DNA of 64,000 nt from Synechococcales cyanobacterium VAR_4_metabat_354 (GTDB lineage: Bacteria; Cyanobacteriota; Cyanobacteriia; Cyanobacteriales; Chamaesiphonaceae): assembly GCA_031414775.1 (NCBI GenBank), contig JANOQI010000031.1, positions 95,693 through 159,692 of the forward strand, written 5' to 3'. The position numbers and the translations under genes are program-made. Under the pieces are notes generated by a model, which was given only the letters and a program-made list of their open reading frames with translations, searched no databases and was not told where the DNA came from. Below are positions 20,273-29,935 of the stretch, piece after piece (the first letter of the stretch is position 1; every line of letters starts with the position of its first letter).

Positions 20273-20427
20273 TAACAGTCTCCTGCGACAACGGTGATAA
20301 CCAATTGTAACAAAAAGTTAACGCTCTATCTGACTTTTGCCCAATAGCGCTGCTTCGCTGCTCGCCTAGCTTGTAAGAGAAACGATGTTGGCAATGAGTG
20401 TGACAGTATCTTTGGAATATTGATGTC

Positions 20428-20457
20428 AAAAAAAGCCTCCAATTTGGGGGCTTTTTT
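20428..20457. terminator. Bidirectional-type intrinsic terminator downstream of the small atpT-like gene
   Basis: AAAAAAAGCCTCCAA-T-TTGGGGGCTTTTTT: a GC stem flanked by A and T tracts. Confidence 0.8.
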
Positions 20458-20476
20458 GGTGACAGTTGTTTGAGAG

Positions 20477-20629
20477 TTAAGACTCATCGTCTTCGTCGTA
20501 GATCTCTCCAGTAAAGGGCTGTACTCCTACCAAATGCTCCTTCCCTAACTTTCTGTAGGGGCTGAAGACGACGGCCACGGCATCAGCGACGTAACCAACA
20601 GTTTCTGTAATAATGCGACCAATACTCAT
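20477..20629 (-). CDS. atpT: Probable AtpTheta (Norf1)-family small protein, ATP synthase inhibitor
   Basis: 50 aa MSIGRIITETVGYVADAVAVVFSPYRKLGKEHLVGVQPFTGEIYDEDDES. SD GAGGT upstream and a terminator downstream. The Y..(D/E)A....FSP...GVQPF.G pattern is recalled from the AtpTheta family. Not in the ORF track. Confidence 0.65.
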   Translation of the reverse strand: MSIGRIITETVGYVADAVAVVFSPYRKLGKEHLVGVQPFTGEIYDEDDES

Positions 20630-20706
20630 AAGAAGTACCTCTGAAGGTGCGAGTTGGTGAATTAAAGATCTAAATGATTCAATTTAATTATTGCACTCAT
20701 AAGTTT

Positions 20707-20721
20707 TAATAATCATTTTCG
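20707..20721. promoter_or_regulatory. Fur-box-like sequence upstream of the atpT-like gene
   Basis: TAATAATCATTTTCG matches the 7-1-7 Fur consensus TGATAATCATTATCA at 12 of 15 positions. Confidence 0.35.
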
Positions 20722-20753
20722 CAATAGTTATTTACTAAATCATTCCCAAAGCA

Positions 20754-20785
20754 AATGGGACGGTCTCGATCGAGACCGTCCCATT
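20754..20785. terminator. Perfect 32-bp palindrome downstream of psbM
   Basis: AATGGGACGGTCTCGA|TCGAGACCGTCCCATT, centred on TCGATCGA, 22 bp after the psbM stop. Confidence 0.7.
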
Positions 20786-20807
20786 CATGGATAAATCTTA
20801 AACTTAA

Positions 20808-20921
20808 CTATTCTGCACCAGTACCACGGGTATTGGTTTGAATAAAGAGAATGATCAGAAAAATCGAAGGAACCAAGATAAAAAGTAAACTGGCTACAAA
20901 GCCCAAGCTATTAGTTTGCAT
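20808..20921 (-). CDS. psbM: Photosystem II reaction centre protein M
   Basis: MQTNSLGFVASLLFILVPSIFLIILFIQTNTRGTGAE (37 aa), downstream of the 2Fe-2S gene as commonly seen. Not in the ORF track. Confidence 0.95.
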   Translation of the reverse strand: MQTNSLGFVASLLFILVPSIFLIILFIQTNTRGTGAE

Positions 20922-21007
20922 AAATTCTCTTTTAAATTCAGTAATCGCCAAATCTAAGATGTAATGTACCGCAGAGCTGAATTTTCAGCAAGTAGACTTA
21001 ACAATGT

Positions 21008-21304
21008 TTAGGGCTTGGTGTTCACTTTAATAGCGCCGTTAACCATGGTTTGGCAAGCCAAACGCCAGTTATCGGGCTTGTTTTTGAGCTTTTTTTCTTC
21101 AAAGGCGGTGCGGGGGGAAAGATTTTCCATCCCTTCTACAATTTCTACTTTGCACAGACCACATTGCCCGATCCCACCGCAGTTCATCATCTTGCCTTTG
21201 AAGGTATAGATGTCTATGCCGTTCTGGATCGCCTTGGTACGCAGGTTAGATCCCTGGGCAAATACAAATTCTTTATCTTCTTTGACAAAACTGATCGTGC
21301 TCAT
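21008..21304 (-). CDS. 2Fe-2S ferredoxin-like protein
   Basis: [11 protein letters not shown]...RLACQ cluster ligands. Confidence 0.92.
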   Translation of the reverse strand: MSTISFVKEDKEFVFAQGSNLRTKAIQNGIDIYTFKGKMMNCGGIGQCGLCKVEIVEGMENLSPRTAFEEKKLKNKPDNWRLACQTMVNGAIKVNTKP

Positions 21305-21430
21305 GTGGCTCCGCAACTATTTAAGTATCTATTAAGAATTATTAAGAACTTTTGGACGTTTGCCAAGGGGGGAAAGCCAGCAATCTGCTAACTCTCCCCT
21401 CATGCTAGAACATTTTAGTTGTCAGGATTA

Positions 21431-22873
21431 TTACTGATTAGCGTAAACAGCATTACGCAAGGTAGCTAAATCCCGATTGTAATTAACGATCGCTCGACTG
21501 TAATTGCTCTTGGCTCTAGTTAGCTCGGTTTCAGCATTAATAACATCTAGCTGGGTACCAACCCCAGCAGCCAACCGCAGCCGTGCTAACCGCAGGCTTT
21601 CCTGTGCTTGGGCTTGGGCACCTTTAGCAGTGGTGATATTTTTTTTGTTAGAACTTAAGCTCAAAAAAGATGTTTCAACTTCTAGGCGCACTTTATCGCG
21701 AATCGCTATGGATTCAGTTTCAGCGATCGACGCACCCACGCGCTCTTGGTCAATTTTGGAATTGACTGCACCACCATCCAATAAATTGAGTCTTACCCTA
21801 GCCCCAATGCCATAGTTGTCTCCAATACCAGTATTAGCAGTAAAATTTTGCCCTGCACTATAGTTAGCAAACAAACTAACTTGAGGGTCGTTCTCAGCGT
21901 TTGCGGCGATGGCATTGAGGGAACTAGCATCACGCTTGATCTTTTGTTGCTTTAGTTCTGGCCGATTGTTCAAAGCTTCAGAAACACTTTTATCTAAATC
22001 TAATGTCCATTGTTCTTTCATCGCAATCGGTTCTGCGGCACTATATTCTATATTTTCAGAGATATTTAAAAGTTGAGCAATGGTTTTTTGGGCAGCTTGC
22101 TGCTGGCTCTCGATTTTGACTACATCTTGTTCGGCAGTAGCTTTTTGAACATCCGCTCGAATTACATCAAACTTAGTACCCAGGCCAGCCTTCTCCTGAA
22201 TTTGGGCGTTGCGCAAGCTCTCTTTGGCATTTGTGACTGCTGCTTGATTAATTTTGAGCTGTTCATCAGCATCTTGCAGGTCGTAGTAAGCCTTAATGAC
22301 ATCCGCCCGAACTTTACGAGCAGCCTTTTCTACATCTAACTTATCGGATTCCAACTGTTTTAACCCGGCCTTTTCCAGGCTGTTACCAAGTAAATTATTT
22401 AGGCCGTATTCAAGATTTAATCGCCCTTGCCAACCAAGGCCATCGGATCTAAATTCCTGGTTGTTAGGTTGATCAAAAAACAATGATCTACGATTGTTAT
22501 CGAGAGACCCTTCAATGCCTAAAATCGGCCAACTAGAGGCTTCAGCGGCTCTAATCCTAGCTGTGGATCTCTTGATACTAAGACAAATAGCTTCTATCTC
22601 TTTGTTGTTCTGGTTAGCTAAGTCCAAAGCCTGACGCAAGGTTAGCTTGCCATTTTTACTTTTATCAATCCGAACATCACTAGGACTAAATTCTGTTTTG
22701 ATAGATTCACTCTGAGCGCCGCCAGAACTGGGTTGTTTTTTGTCAGGGCAATAATTCGTTACCGTTTTACTTGGAGGGGGAAGAGTCGGCTGAGCGATCG
22801 AGGGCAAAATTGCTGCCATCAAAGAGATCACTGCTAGCGAGAAAGCACCTAAAGTTTTATCTAAATGAGTCAT
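21431..22873 (-). CDS. TolC family outer-membrane efflux protein
   Basis: Signal peptide; LTLRQAL.LA..NN, AGLGTKFDV and AGVGTQLDVINAET OEP repeats. Confidence 0.9.
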   Translation of the reverse strand: MTHLDKTLGAFSLAVISLMAAILPSIAQPTLPPPSKTVTNYCPDKKQPSSGGAQSESIKTEFSPSDVRIDKSKNGKLTLRQALDLANQNNKEIEAICLSIKRSTARIRAAEASSWPILGIEGSLDNNRRSLFFDQPNNQEFRSDGLGWQGRLNLEYGLNNLLGNSLEKAGLKQLESDKLDVEKAARKVRADVIKAYYDLQDADEQLKINQAAVTNAKESLRNAQIQEKAGLGTKFDVIRADVQKATAEQDVVKIESQQQAAQKTIAQLLNISENIEYSAAEPIAMKEQWTLDLDKSVSEALNNRPELKQQKIKRDASSLNAIAANAENDPQVSLFANYSAGQNFTANTGIGDNYGIGARVRLNLLDGGAVNSKIDQERVGASIAETESIAIRDKVRLEVETSFLSLSSNKKNITTAKGAQAQAQESLRLARLRLAAGVGTQLDVINAETELTRAKSNYSRAIVNYNRDLATLRNAVYANQ

Positions 22874-22987
22874 GGTTATATATTTGCAATCCTGAATGGG
22901 TATTACTATCTTGGATGACCAGGGTTCAGAGATTTTTGGCTATGTCAGTAGCCTTTCTCCATTTTAGCTAAATTTCAACCAAAATTT

Positions 22988-24325
22988 TTAGTCTAGGAGT
23001 AGACCAACTACTGTTAAAAAATCGGTGATATCCGATACGGGCAGACAAGTAACCTGCAATTCTCGTTCCAGCTCTTCGATGGTCACGTCATCCAGAAATT
23101 TAGCTTCGTCGTGTTTCAACATCACTGCTGGTAACAATAAACCATTACCCAGATCGCGCTGCCGCAGGTTTTGGAGCAAATCTTGCCCAGTCAACAGGCC
23201 AGTGACGGTCATGGTTTGCCCCCAATAGGCGCTGGCCAAAGCCACTAAATTAATTTGTAAACCGGGAAACTGATTTAGTCGATCGATAATCGGCGCAAAG
23301 GCTTTTTCGACGGTATTCCCCACCACCCAGGTATAGGTGCGCGGCTGCCCATCATATTCACAGTCGGCAATTTCTTCTTGGAATTCGTCAATAAACCGCC
23401 GAATGGAACCGACCCCGTTGCCGAGTTGGGGATAATCTTCGTAGTCGGCACTAGTTGGTAATTCTTGACCAGCAATTAGATACCATTCGTCGGCCAACCA
23501 AACAAAAGTGGACTGGTATTGTTGTCGGAATTCCGCTTGCAGCGTTTGAACTTGGGCAATTACGGCTTGGGCGGCAGCGGCATCGACGGGCTGTAATTGC
23601 TCACCGCTGGCTGGTCGGAACTTGGTCAAACCGACTGGCACCACGGCAACAGAGACAACAGCTGGCAAGTCACCCTGGTGAAAAGCAGCCAAATCCCTAA
23701 TGGTTTTTTCGAGCTGATGACCATCATTAATGCTGGGGCATAAGACCACCTGGGCATGGATTTGCAGCCGCCGCTCGGCAAACCAAGCTAATTGATCGAG
23801 AATTTTACCAGCTCGATCATTTTGCAACAATCGACTGCGTACTTGGGGATCAGTAGCATGAACAGATACAAAAAGTGGCGATAGACGCATTCGATCGATC
23901 CGTTCCCATTCCCGCTGGCTCAGATTCGTGAGGGTAAGATAACTGCCGTACAAAAAGCTCAGCCGGTAATCATCATCCTTCAGATAGAGCGAAGCTCTTT
24001 TGCCTGGGGGTTGCTGGTCAATAAAGCAAAAAGGACAGTGATTATTGCATTGGATCAAGCCATCAAACAGCGCCGTCTCAAACTCTAATCCCAGATCTTC
24101 GTCATAGTCTTTTTCAATTTCTAGTTGGTGACTTTTGCCCTGGGCATCCAAAACTTCCAGATTCAGTAGTTCATCTGCACACAAAAATTGATAATCGATC
24201 AGGTCTCGCACTGGTTGATCGTTGATTTTTACCAATCGATCGCCAGCGCTAAAACCTACTTCCTCCGCGATCGATCCGGGCACCACTCCGCTAATTTTGG
24301 CTGGCTGCGTGGCAATCTCACTCAT
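22988..24325 (-). CDS. TIGR03279-like radical SAM protein (PDZ + DUF512)
   Basis: N-terminal PDZ-like segment; CNNHCPFC motif; KDDDYRLSFLYGSY. Confidence 0.9.
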   Translation of the reverse strand: MSEIATQPAKISGVVPGSIAEEVGFSAGDRLVKINDQPVRDLIDYQFLCADELLNLEVLDAQGKSHQLEIEKDYDEDLGLEFETALFDGLIQCNNHCPFCFIDQQPPGKRASLYLKDDDYRLSFLYGSYLTLTNLSQREWERIDRMRLSPLFVSVHATDPQVRSRLLQNDRAGKILDQLAWFAERRLQIHAQVVLCPSINDGHQLEKTIRDLAAFHQGDLPAVVSVAVVPVGLTKFRPASGEQLQPVDAAAAQAVIAQVQTLQAEFRQQYQSTFVWLADEWYLIAGQELPTSADYEDYPQLGNGVGSIRRFIDEFQEEIADCEYDGQPRTYTWVVGNTVEKAFAPIIDRLNQFPGLQINLVALASAYWGQTMTVTGLLTGQDLLQNLRQRDLGNGLLLPAVMLKHDEAKFLDDVTIEELERELQVTCLPVSDITDFLTVVGLLLD

Positions 24326-24329
24326 TTGG

Positions 24330-25193
24330 TTAACCTTCCCAACCTTGGGCTACTGCTACTAACAAGGCTAACCCAAAAGCCAAGCGATACCAAACAAACA
24401 CCCAGTTACTATACTTTTGTAAGAATTTCATTAACCAGGCGATCGATAGATACGAAAAAATAAAAGTGGCCACAATGCCCAAAAGCATCGGCATCACCAT
24501 TGCTTTTTCTTGAAGCACATCTTTAGTCTGAGCCAGGGTGGCGATTGCTAGAGTCGGTAAGCCTAAAAGAAAGGAAAACCGAGCAGCGGTCTGGCGCTGC
24601 AAACCCAAAAACAAACCAGTAGTCAGCGTCGAACCAGAGCGGGAAGCACCGGGCAGCAGGGCAATCATCTGACCCAAGCCCACCAAAATTCCATCCCGCG
24701 TTTCCAGTTGGTTAAAGTCGCGAGTGCGCTTGCCAAATTTTTCAGCTAAGCCCAGTAAAGTAGCCATGACGATCGACATAACTCCAATTAAAGCTGGACT
24801 CTCTAATTCCACCTTCATCGCCTTTAGCAATAGCCCCCCAGCCAAAGCCGGAATGGTACCGATCGCAATCCCCAAAAATATTTTCCATTCTTCCCGCTGC
24901 CATTCTTTTTTCTGAAAAGCCTGCCACGCCCCGGCAAAAATTTGTTTTAAATCTTTCCAAAAGTAGAGAATGACCGCAATCACACTACCAAACTGAATGC
25001 CATCGATCGCCGCTTTGCTCCAGCCAGCGTGAGGCGCACATTCTTGTAGGACATCTTTGGCACACATGGCGGCTGTCACTTCTCCCCAGCTAAAGATGTC
25101 CCGGAAAATAATCAGGTGAGCGGTGCTACTAATCGGCAAGAATTCAGTGATGCCCTGTACCAAGCCCAGAATAATAGCCTGAATATACTCCAT
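24330..25193 (-). CDS. uppP: Undecaprenyl-diphosphate phosphatase
   Basis: GITEFLPISSTAH, PGASRSG and AARFSFLL motifs. Confidence 0.95.
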   Translation of the reverse strand: MEYIQAIILGLVQGITEFLPISSTAHLIIFRDIFSWGEVTAAMCAKDVLQECAPHAGWSKAAIDGIQFGSVIAVILYFWKDLKQIFAGAWQAFQKKEWQREEWKIFLGIAIGTIPALAGGLLLKAMKVELESPALIGVMSIVMATLLGLAEKFGKRTRDFNQLETRDGILVGLGQMIALLPGASRSGSTLTTGLFLGLQRQTAARFSFLLGLPTLAIATLAQTKDVLQEKAMVMPMLLGIVATFIFSYLSIAWLMKFLQKYSNWVFVWYRLAFGLALLVAVAQGWEG

Positions 25194-25392
25194 AAAAATA
25201 AAATCCAAAAGATCACTCGTTTAGCATACAGGAGCCTCCGTCATGCCGATAGAGCCAAAAAACAGGGTGAAAGACCACTCATCACAGACATCAACTACTA
25301 CTCATTCAGCCAATAGCGACTCCAAACCCCCAAAGTTTTTGTGATATCTTTGAAGAATAATTAATTTTAGTAAATAAACTTAACAAGTTCTT

Positions 25393-26091
25393 TTGTTAAA
25401 CAATACATTTAACCCCACTCCTAACAAGGCTGGGTGGATTTCACTTACCGAAATTCATTGGAGAGTCTTCGCCGCCGCCGCTTTCTTAGTAGCTGTCCCA
25501 GTCTTTGTGGAAGCCCCCCTCGTCCGTAACTGGCCTTGGCTCAGTGTCGGGCTAACAAGTTTTTGGGTAGGTCTTAGTTACTTCCTTTATCAAAAACCCC
25601 AAACCAAAATCTGGGGCGACCTGTTGTTTGGATTTAGCTGGAGTTGGCTCGCGGGAGCAATTTATTGGGGCTGGTGGCGTTGGATTCCAGCCTTTCATTT
25701 GCCGATCGAATCGATCGGACTGCCGGTCGTGCTTTGGTTGTGCTGGCGGGGGACTGGCAAAGTCGGTAGTCTTTTTTACCTCGGATCTTTGGTGGGGACA
25801 GCAGTTACCGATGTATATTTTTATTTAGTCGATTTAGTTGGCTATTGGCAGCAGTTAATGGTGGTAGAGCCAGCTTTAACAGCGCCAATTTTACAAGCAG
25901 CAGTATTGCAAGTCCGTAGCCCGTGGGGCACAATCTGGGCAATCGTACTAGTGAGTTTATTACTGAGCATGGGTATAATGTGCTTGAGCCGTAAAAAAAA
26001 TCATTGGTATGCTTTCAGTGGTGCCATTCTCACCACTATCGTGGTAGATACGCTGTTTTTGGTGTTGGCAAATATCAACCAAGCATTGTAG
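25393..26091 (+). CDS. DUF3120 family membrane protein
   Basis: VPVFVEAPLVR..PW, AIYWGW.R..P..HLPIE and FYLGSL.GTA.TD motifs. Confidence 0.8.
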   Translation: MLNNTFNPTPNKAGWISLTEIHWRVFAAAAFLVAVPVFVEAPLVRNWPWLSVGLTSFWVGLSYFLYQKPQTKIWGDLLFGFSWSWLAGAIYWGWWRWIPAFHLPIESIGLPVVLWLCWRGTGKVGSLFYLGSLVGTAVTDVYFYLVDLVGYWQQLMVVEPALTAPILQAAVLQVRSPWGTIWAIVLVSLLLSMGIMCLSRKKNHWYAFSGAILTTIVVDTLFLVLANINQAL

Positions 26092-26114
26092 ATATCTACT
26101 TACTCGTTTTTCTA

Positions 26115-27176
26115 ATGTCCACTCTCACCCGTTACTCAACTGTGACCCAAGGACTTTCTGCTTATTTGGTATTACAAGCTGATTCCGGTACTCGCCGTTT
26201 TGCATTGGTAGAGGGCAAGTGCTGGACGGTCGGGAGAGGTGAAGAAAACGACATCGTAATTAAGGACCGTTGTCTCTCTCGTAACCACGCCATGCTGCAA
26301 TGCACAGAGGGTGGTTACTACCTCATCGATATGGGCAGTAGCAATGGCACCTTTGTGAATGGTCGCCGCGTTAATATTCCGGTCATTATTCACAACGGCG
26401 ATATTGTGATTTTTGGCCAAACTGAGTTGAAGTTTTTCTTGCCCCGGCTGGCCGAGGAGGCTCTTCCCGCAGAGGAAGGCACTTTGGATGGTACGGCTAC
26501 ATCGATTCTACATGTGCGTAGATTGATGTCAGTAATGGTTCTGGATATGCGCAACTATACAGCGTTTACCAGACAGATGGATGAGAATTTACTCTCCGAG
26601 GTCATGACCACTTGGTTTCGGAATGCCGGCCATATCACCCGCTGTTATGGTAGCTGGGTAGATAAATATATCGGAGATGCGGTAATGGCCATTTGGTTTC
26701 ACAACTCCGAAACCATTCAAAAGCAGGAAATGATCAACATTCTCCAGGCTATGAATGATATTAACCAAATGACCAAAACCCTAAGCAGCCGCTATCCCCT
26801 CCCTTTTGAGCTAAAAGTTGGGGCTGGGCTGAATACTGGTTATGGGATGGTCGGAAATGCTGGCAGTAGTAGCCAGCCAGATTACACCGCCTTGGGTGAT
26901 ACGGTCAATTCGGCGTTTCGACTGGAAACTATCACCAAGGAAATTGGGGCAGAGATTGCCATTGGTGAAGATACTTATCAGTATCTAGCGCCTTTTCTTG
27001 GTGATAATCGGGTGTTCAAGAAATGTTCGGTGAAGCTGAAAGGTCATGAAGAATCTTCTGTCACCTACGCTACCAATTTTGGTGCTCTCGATGCGTTCCT
27101 TAGTCTAGAAGCATCTCCCCGAAACTCTTGGCCAGCAACCGACGCTGTTGTTACTACTAATCCCCTACTTAATTAG
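26115..27176 (+). CDS. FHA-domain class III adenylate/guanylate cyclase
   Basis: FHA (GR..SRNHA..DMGSSNGTFVNG) plus cyclase (DMRNYT, DKYIGDAVMA, DYTALGDTVNSAFRLE). Start set at ATG 26115. Confidence 0.92.
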   Translation: MSTLTRYSTVTQGLSAYLVLQADSGTRRFALVEGKCWTVGRGEENDIVIKDRCLSRNHAMLQCTEGGYYLIDMGSSNGTFVNGRRVNIPVIIHNGDIVIFGQTELKFFLPRLAEEALPAEEGTLDGTATSILHVRRLMSVMVLDMRNYTAFTRQMDENLLSEVMTTWFRNAGHITRCYGSWVDKYIGDAVMAIWFHNSETIQKQEMINILQAMNDINQMTKTLSSRYPLPFELKVGAGLNTGYGMVGNAGSSSQPDYTALGDTVNSAFRLETITKEIGAEIAIGEDTYQYLAPFLGDNRVFKKCSVKLKGHEESSVTYATNFGALDAFLSLEASPRNSWPATDAVVTTNPLLN

Positions 27177-27198
27177 GTAAATTAAACTTCAAATCAAG

Positions 27199-27837
27199 TT
27201 AAATATCACCGTTCGCTAACAGTTGAATAGCTGCTGGTAGTATTTTGTGTTCCTGTATCTGAATCCGGGCGTGGAGACTATCAGCATCATCACTAGCTAG
27301 GACTGGCACGGCGGCCTGGAGCAAAATCGGGCCACTATCTACTTCCAGGCTAACTAAATGCACAGTACAACCAGTGATTTTTACTTGAGCGGTTAGGGCT
27401 TGTTCGATCGCCTTAATCCCGGGAAAACTGGGCAAAAGGCTAGGATGGATATTGAGCAGTCGATCGGGAAAAGCATCAATCAATACTTGGGTAATCACCC
27501 GCATCCAACCGGCCATGACTACGCAGTCTACTTGATATGCTTGCAAGGTTTGGACGATCGCCTGGTCTAGTTCGGCGCGGTTGGCAAAGTCTTGGTGGTT
27601 GTGTAGGACGCTGGGGATGTGGTGCTGAGCGGCTCGATCGATCGCTTTAATGTCGGGTTTATTATGGATCAAGACAGCGATTTGGGCATTTAGTTCTTGA
27701 CGTTCAATAGACTCGATAATCGCGGCGAAGTTACTACCGGCACCAGAAGCCATAATCCCCAATCGCAGGGGTGGTCGATCGAAGTTAACTGGGGGCAGGT
27801 GCGGGACGACCAGAGGAGAATATAAATCTACCGACAT
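27199..27837 (-). CDS. purN: Phosphoribosylglycinamide formyltransferase
   Basis: MASGAGSNF, AGWMR, NIHPSLLPSF and GCTVH..VDSGPI motifs. Confidence 0.97.
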   Translation of the reverse strand: MSVDLYSPLVVPHLPPVNFDRPPLRLGIMASGAGSNFAAIIESIERQELNAQIAVLIHNKPDIKAIDRAAQHHIPSVLHNHQDFANRAELDQAIVQTLQAYQVDCVVMAGWMRVITQVLIDAFPDRLLNIHPSLLPSFPGIKAIEQALTAQVKITGCTVHLVSLEVDSGPILLQAAVPVLASDDADSLHARIQIQEHKILPAAIQLLANGDI

Positions 27838-27924
27838 ATTTTATGATCTGAGGTTTGCTTCAGTATCTTTAGCACATTCTGCTGTAGCCGTAGCCCATCG
27901 ACATCACCTTTTAAAAAATTATTT

Positions 27925-29448
27925 ATGAACAGCATCAATCTACCGCCTTTGATTCAGGCCATGCTCCAACCCGGATTTTATCCACATCCGGTGACAGAAC
28001 CGATCGAGTTATTACAAACCCATGCTTCCTATGTCTTTTTGACAGGTGAGATTGCTTACAAGCTGAAGAAACCAGTCAATTTTGGCTTTTTGGACTACTC
28101 CACGGTTGCCCAGCGGCAACATTTTTGCCAGGAGGAATTACGGCTCAATCAACGGGGCGCAGGGGAATTGTATCTGGCAGTTCTACCAATCAGCACTACT
28201 GGCCAGCAGTTTGTTTTAAATGGCAGCGGGGAGATCGTAGAATATGCCCTCCAGATGGTGCAGTTTCCCCAAACCGCCCTGCTCAGTAATATGTTCGAGG
28301 CGGGGGCAGTCACTACTGATCAGATGGTGGCAATGGCCAAAGTGGTCGCTGTTTACCATGCGGGGGCACAGACCAACGAATATATCAGCAGCTTTGGTAA
28401 CATCCCCACCTTGCGCCGATCGATCGAGGAAAACTATCAGCAAACCACCCAGTATATTGGTATTGCTCAAACCCCCCAGCATTACGCCGCGATCAAAGCT
28501 TTTACCGATCGCTTTTTTGATCAACATCCAGAAGTATTTGTCGATCGAGTCCGGGGTAACTTTATCCGGGAATGTCATGGCGACCTTCATCTGCGTAATG
28601 TTTGCTACTGGCCAGACCGGATTCAGTTGTTCGACTGTATTGAGTTCAAGGAAGCCTTTCGGTATGTAGATACTATGTACGATGTGGCCTTTGCCACAAT
28701 GGATCTGACAGCCAGAGGCCGCACTGATTTAGGCAACGTGTTTTTGAATAATTACCTCGAGCAAACCGGTGACTGGGAAGGTCTACAAGTACTGCCCCTC
28801 TACCTCAGTCGCCAAGCTTACGTGCGGGCGAAAGTAACTTCTTTCTTACTAGATGATCCAACAATTGCGGCGGTCGATCGAGCAGCTGCCCAAACCACCG
28901 CTCAGGATTATTACCAACTAGCTTGGCAGTACACTCAACAACCTGCTGGCCGCCTAATTTTGATGGCCGGATTATCCGGATCGGGCAAAAGTACTGTTGC
29001 TCGCCAGATTGCCCAGCAACTCAATGCTATTCATCTGCGATCAGATGCAGTGCGTAAGCATCTGGGCGGTATCGCCCTCACTGATCAAGGCGGTGCCGAT
29101 CTCTACAGTCCGGCGATGACCACCCATACCTACAGCCGCCTCCAGTGCTTAGGTATGAAACTTGCTCGTCAGGGCTATACCGTGATTTTGGATGCGAAGT
29201 TCGATCGGCAGTCTTGGCGAGCGCCAGTACTACAATCCGGCTTACCCGTCCAGATCGTGCATTGTCAGGCACCAGCTCCAGTCTTAGTAACCCGTCTCCA
29301 GCAGCGTACTGGCGATATCGCCGATGCCACCGCCGACCTGCTAGCTAGTCAAGCTGCCAGTTGGGAAAACTTTACAGTGGCTGAAGCTAAATATGTCATG
29401 GCGATCGATACCACTCAAGATTTAACAGCGTTCTTCAGTCAGCTATAA
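27925..29448 (+). CDS. Aminoglycoside-phosphotransferase-like + AAA_33 kinase fusion
   Basis: QTHASYV, CHGDLHLRN and FDCIEF; C-terminal GLSGSGKST and RSDAVRK. Confidence 0.88.
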   Translation: MNSINLPPLIQAMLQPGFYPHPVTEPIELLQTHASYVFLTGEIAYKLKKPVNFGFLDYSTVAQRQHFCQEELRLNQRGAGELYLAVLPISTTGQQFVLNGSGEIVEYALQMVQFPQTALLSNMFEAGAVTTDQMVAMAKVVAVYHAGAQTNEYISSFGNIPTLRRSIEENYQQTTQYIGIAQTPQHYAAIKAFTDRFFDQHPEVFVDRVRGNFIRECHGDLHLRNVCYWPDRIQLFDCIEFKEAFRYVDTMYDVAFATMDLTARGRTDLGNVFLNNYLEQTGDWEGLQVLPLYLSRQAYVRAKVTSFLLDDPTIAAVDRAAAQTTAQDYYQLAWQYTQQPAGRLILMAGLSGSGKSTVARQIAQQLNAIHLRSDAVRKHLGGIALTDQGGADLYSPAMTTHTYSRLQCLGMKLARQGYTVILDAKFDRQSWRAPVLQSGLPVQIVHCQAPAPVLVTRLQQRTGDIADATADLLASQAASWENFTVAEAKYVMAIDTTQDLTAFFSQL

Positions 29449-29476
29449 TCCTGGATACTAAAATCCTCGCCCCACC

Positions 29477-29836
29477 ATGATCTCGATCACTCCCACTGCT
29501 GCGGCTGAAATTCAACGGCTAAAAAATGCTCGCCCCAATACCCATTTGCATTTAACCCTGGGCACTGGTAGCTGCGAACAGTTCTACTACATATTGAATT
29601 TGGTAGAGCAGTGGCCAGCCGAAGTAGTGGTATATGCCGTAGAAAACTTCACGATCGGCATCGATCAACGGTTCCATAAATTTTTAGAAATCATTCAAAT
29701 AGATTTCGCCCAAGATCTAATGGGTGGTGGCTTTCGGTTTAATAATCCCCAAGCCCTCAAAGTTTGTGGCTGTGGTAATGCCTTCACCGCCATCCCCGAC
29801 AGAGCCGAAACGGCCATCAGCGGCTTGGATATTTAA
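29477..29836 (+). CDS. HesB/IscA family Fe-S assembly protein
   Basis: ITPTAA.EI, GSC and DLMGGGFRFNNP..CGCGNAF motifs. Confidence 0.88.
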   Translation: MISITPTAAAEIQRLKNARPNTHLHLTLGTGSCEQFYYILNLVEQWPAEVVVYAVENFTIGIDQRFHKFLEIIQIDFAQDLMGGGFRFNNPQALKVCGCGNAFTAIPDRAETAISGLDI

Positions 29837-29935
29837 ACCACCGCTAATTCACTACTCAGATCATCCCTATAATTGGAGAGTCTGGGCTAAAATTTGCACA
29901 TAATATCAAAATCTTTCGCCACCGCGAGTACATAA

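Noticed and set aside
26004..26114. N-terminal extension of the cyclase ORF
   Set aside because: It overlaps the DUF3120 gene; ATG 26115 is more plausible.
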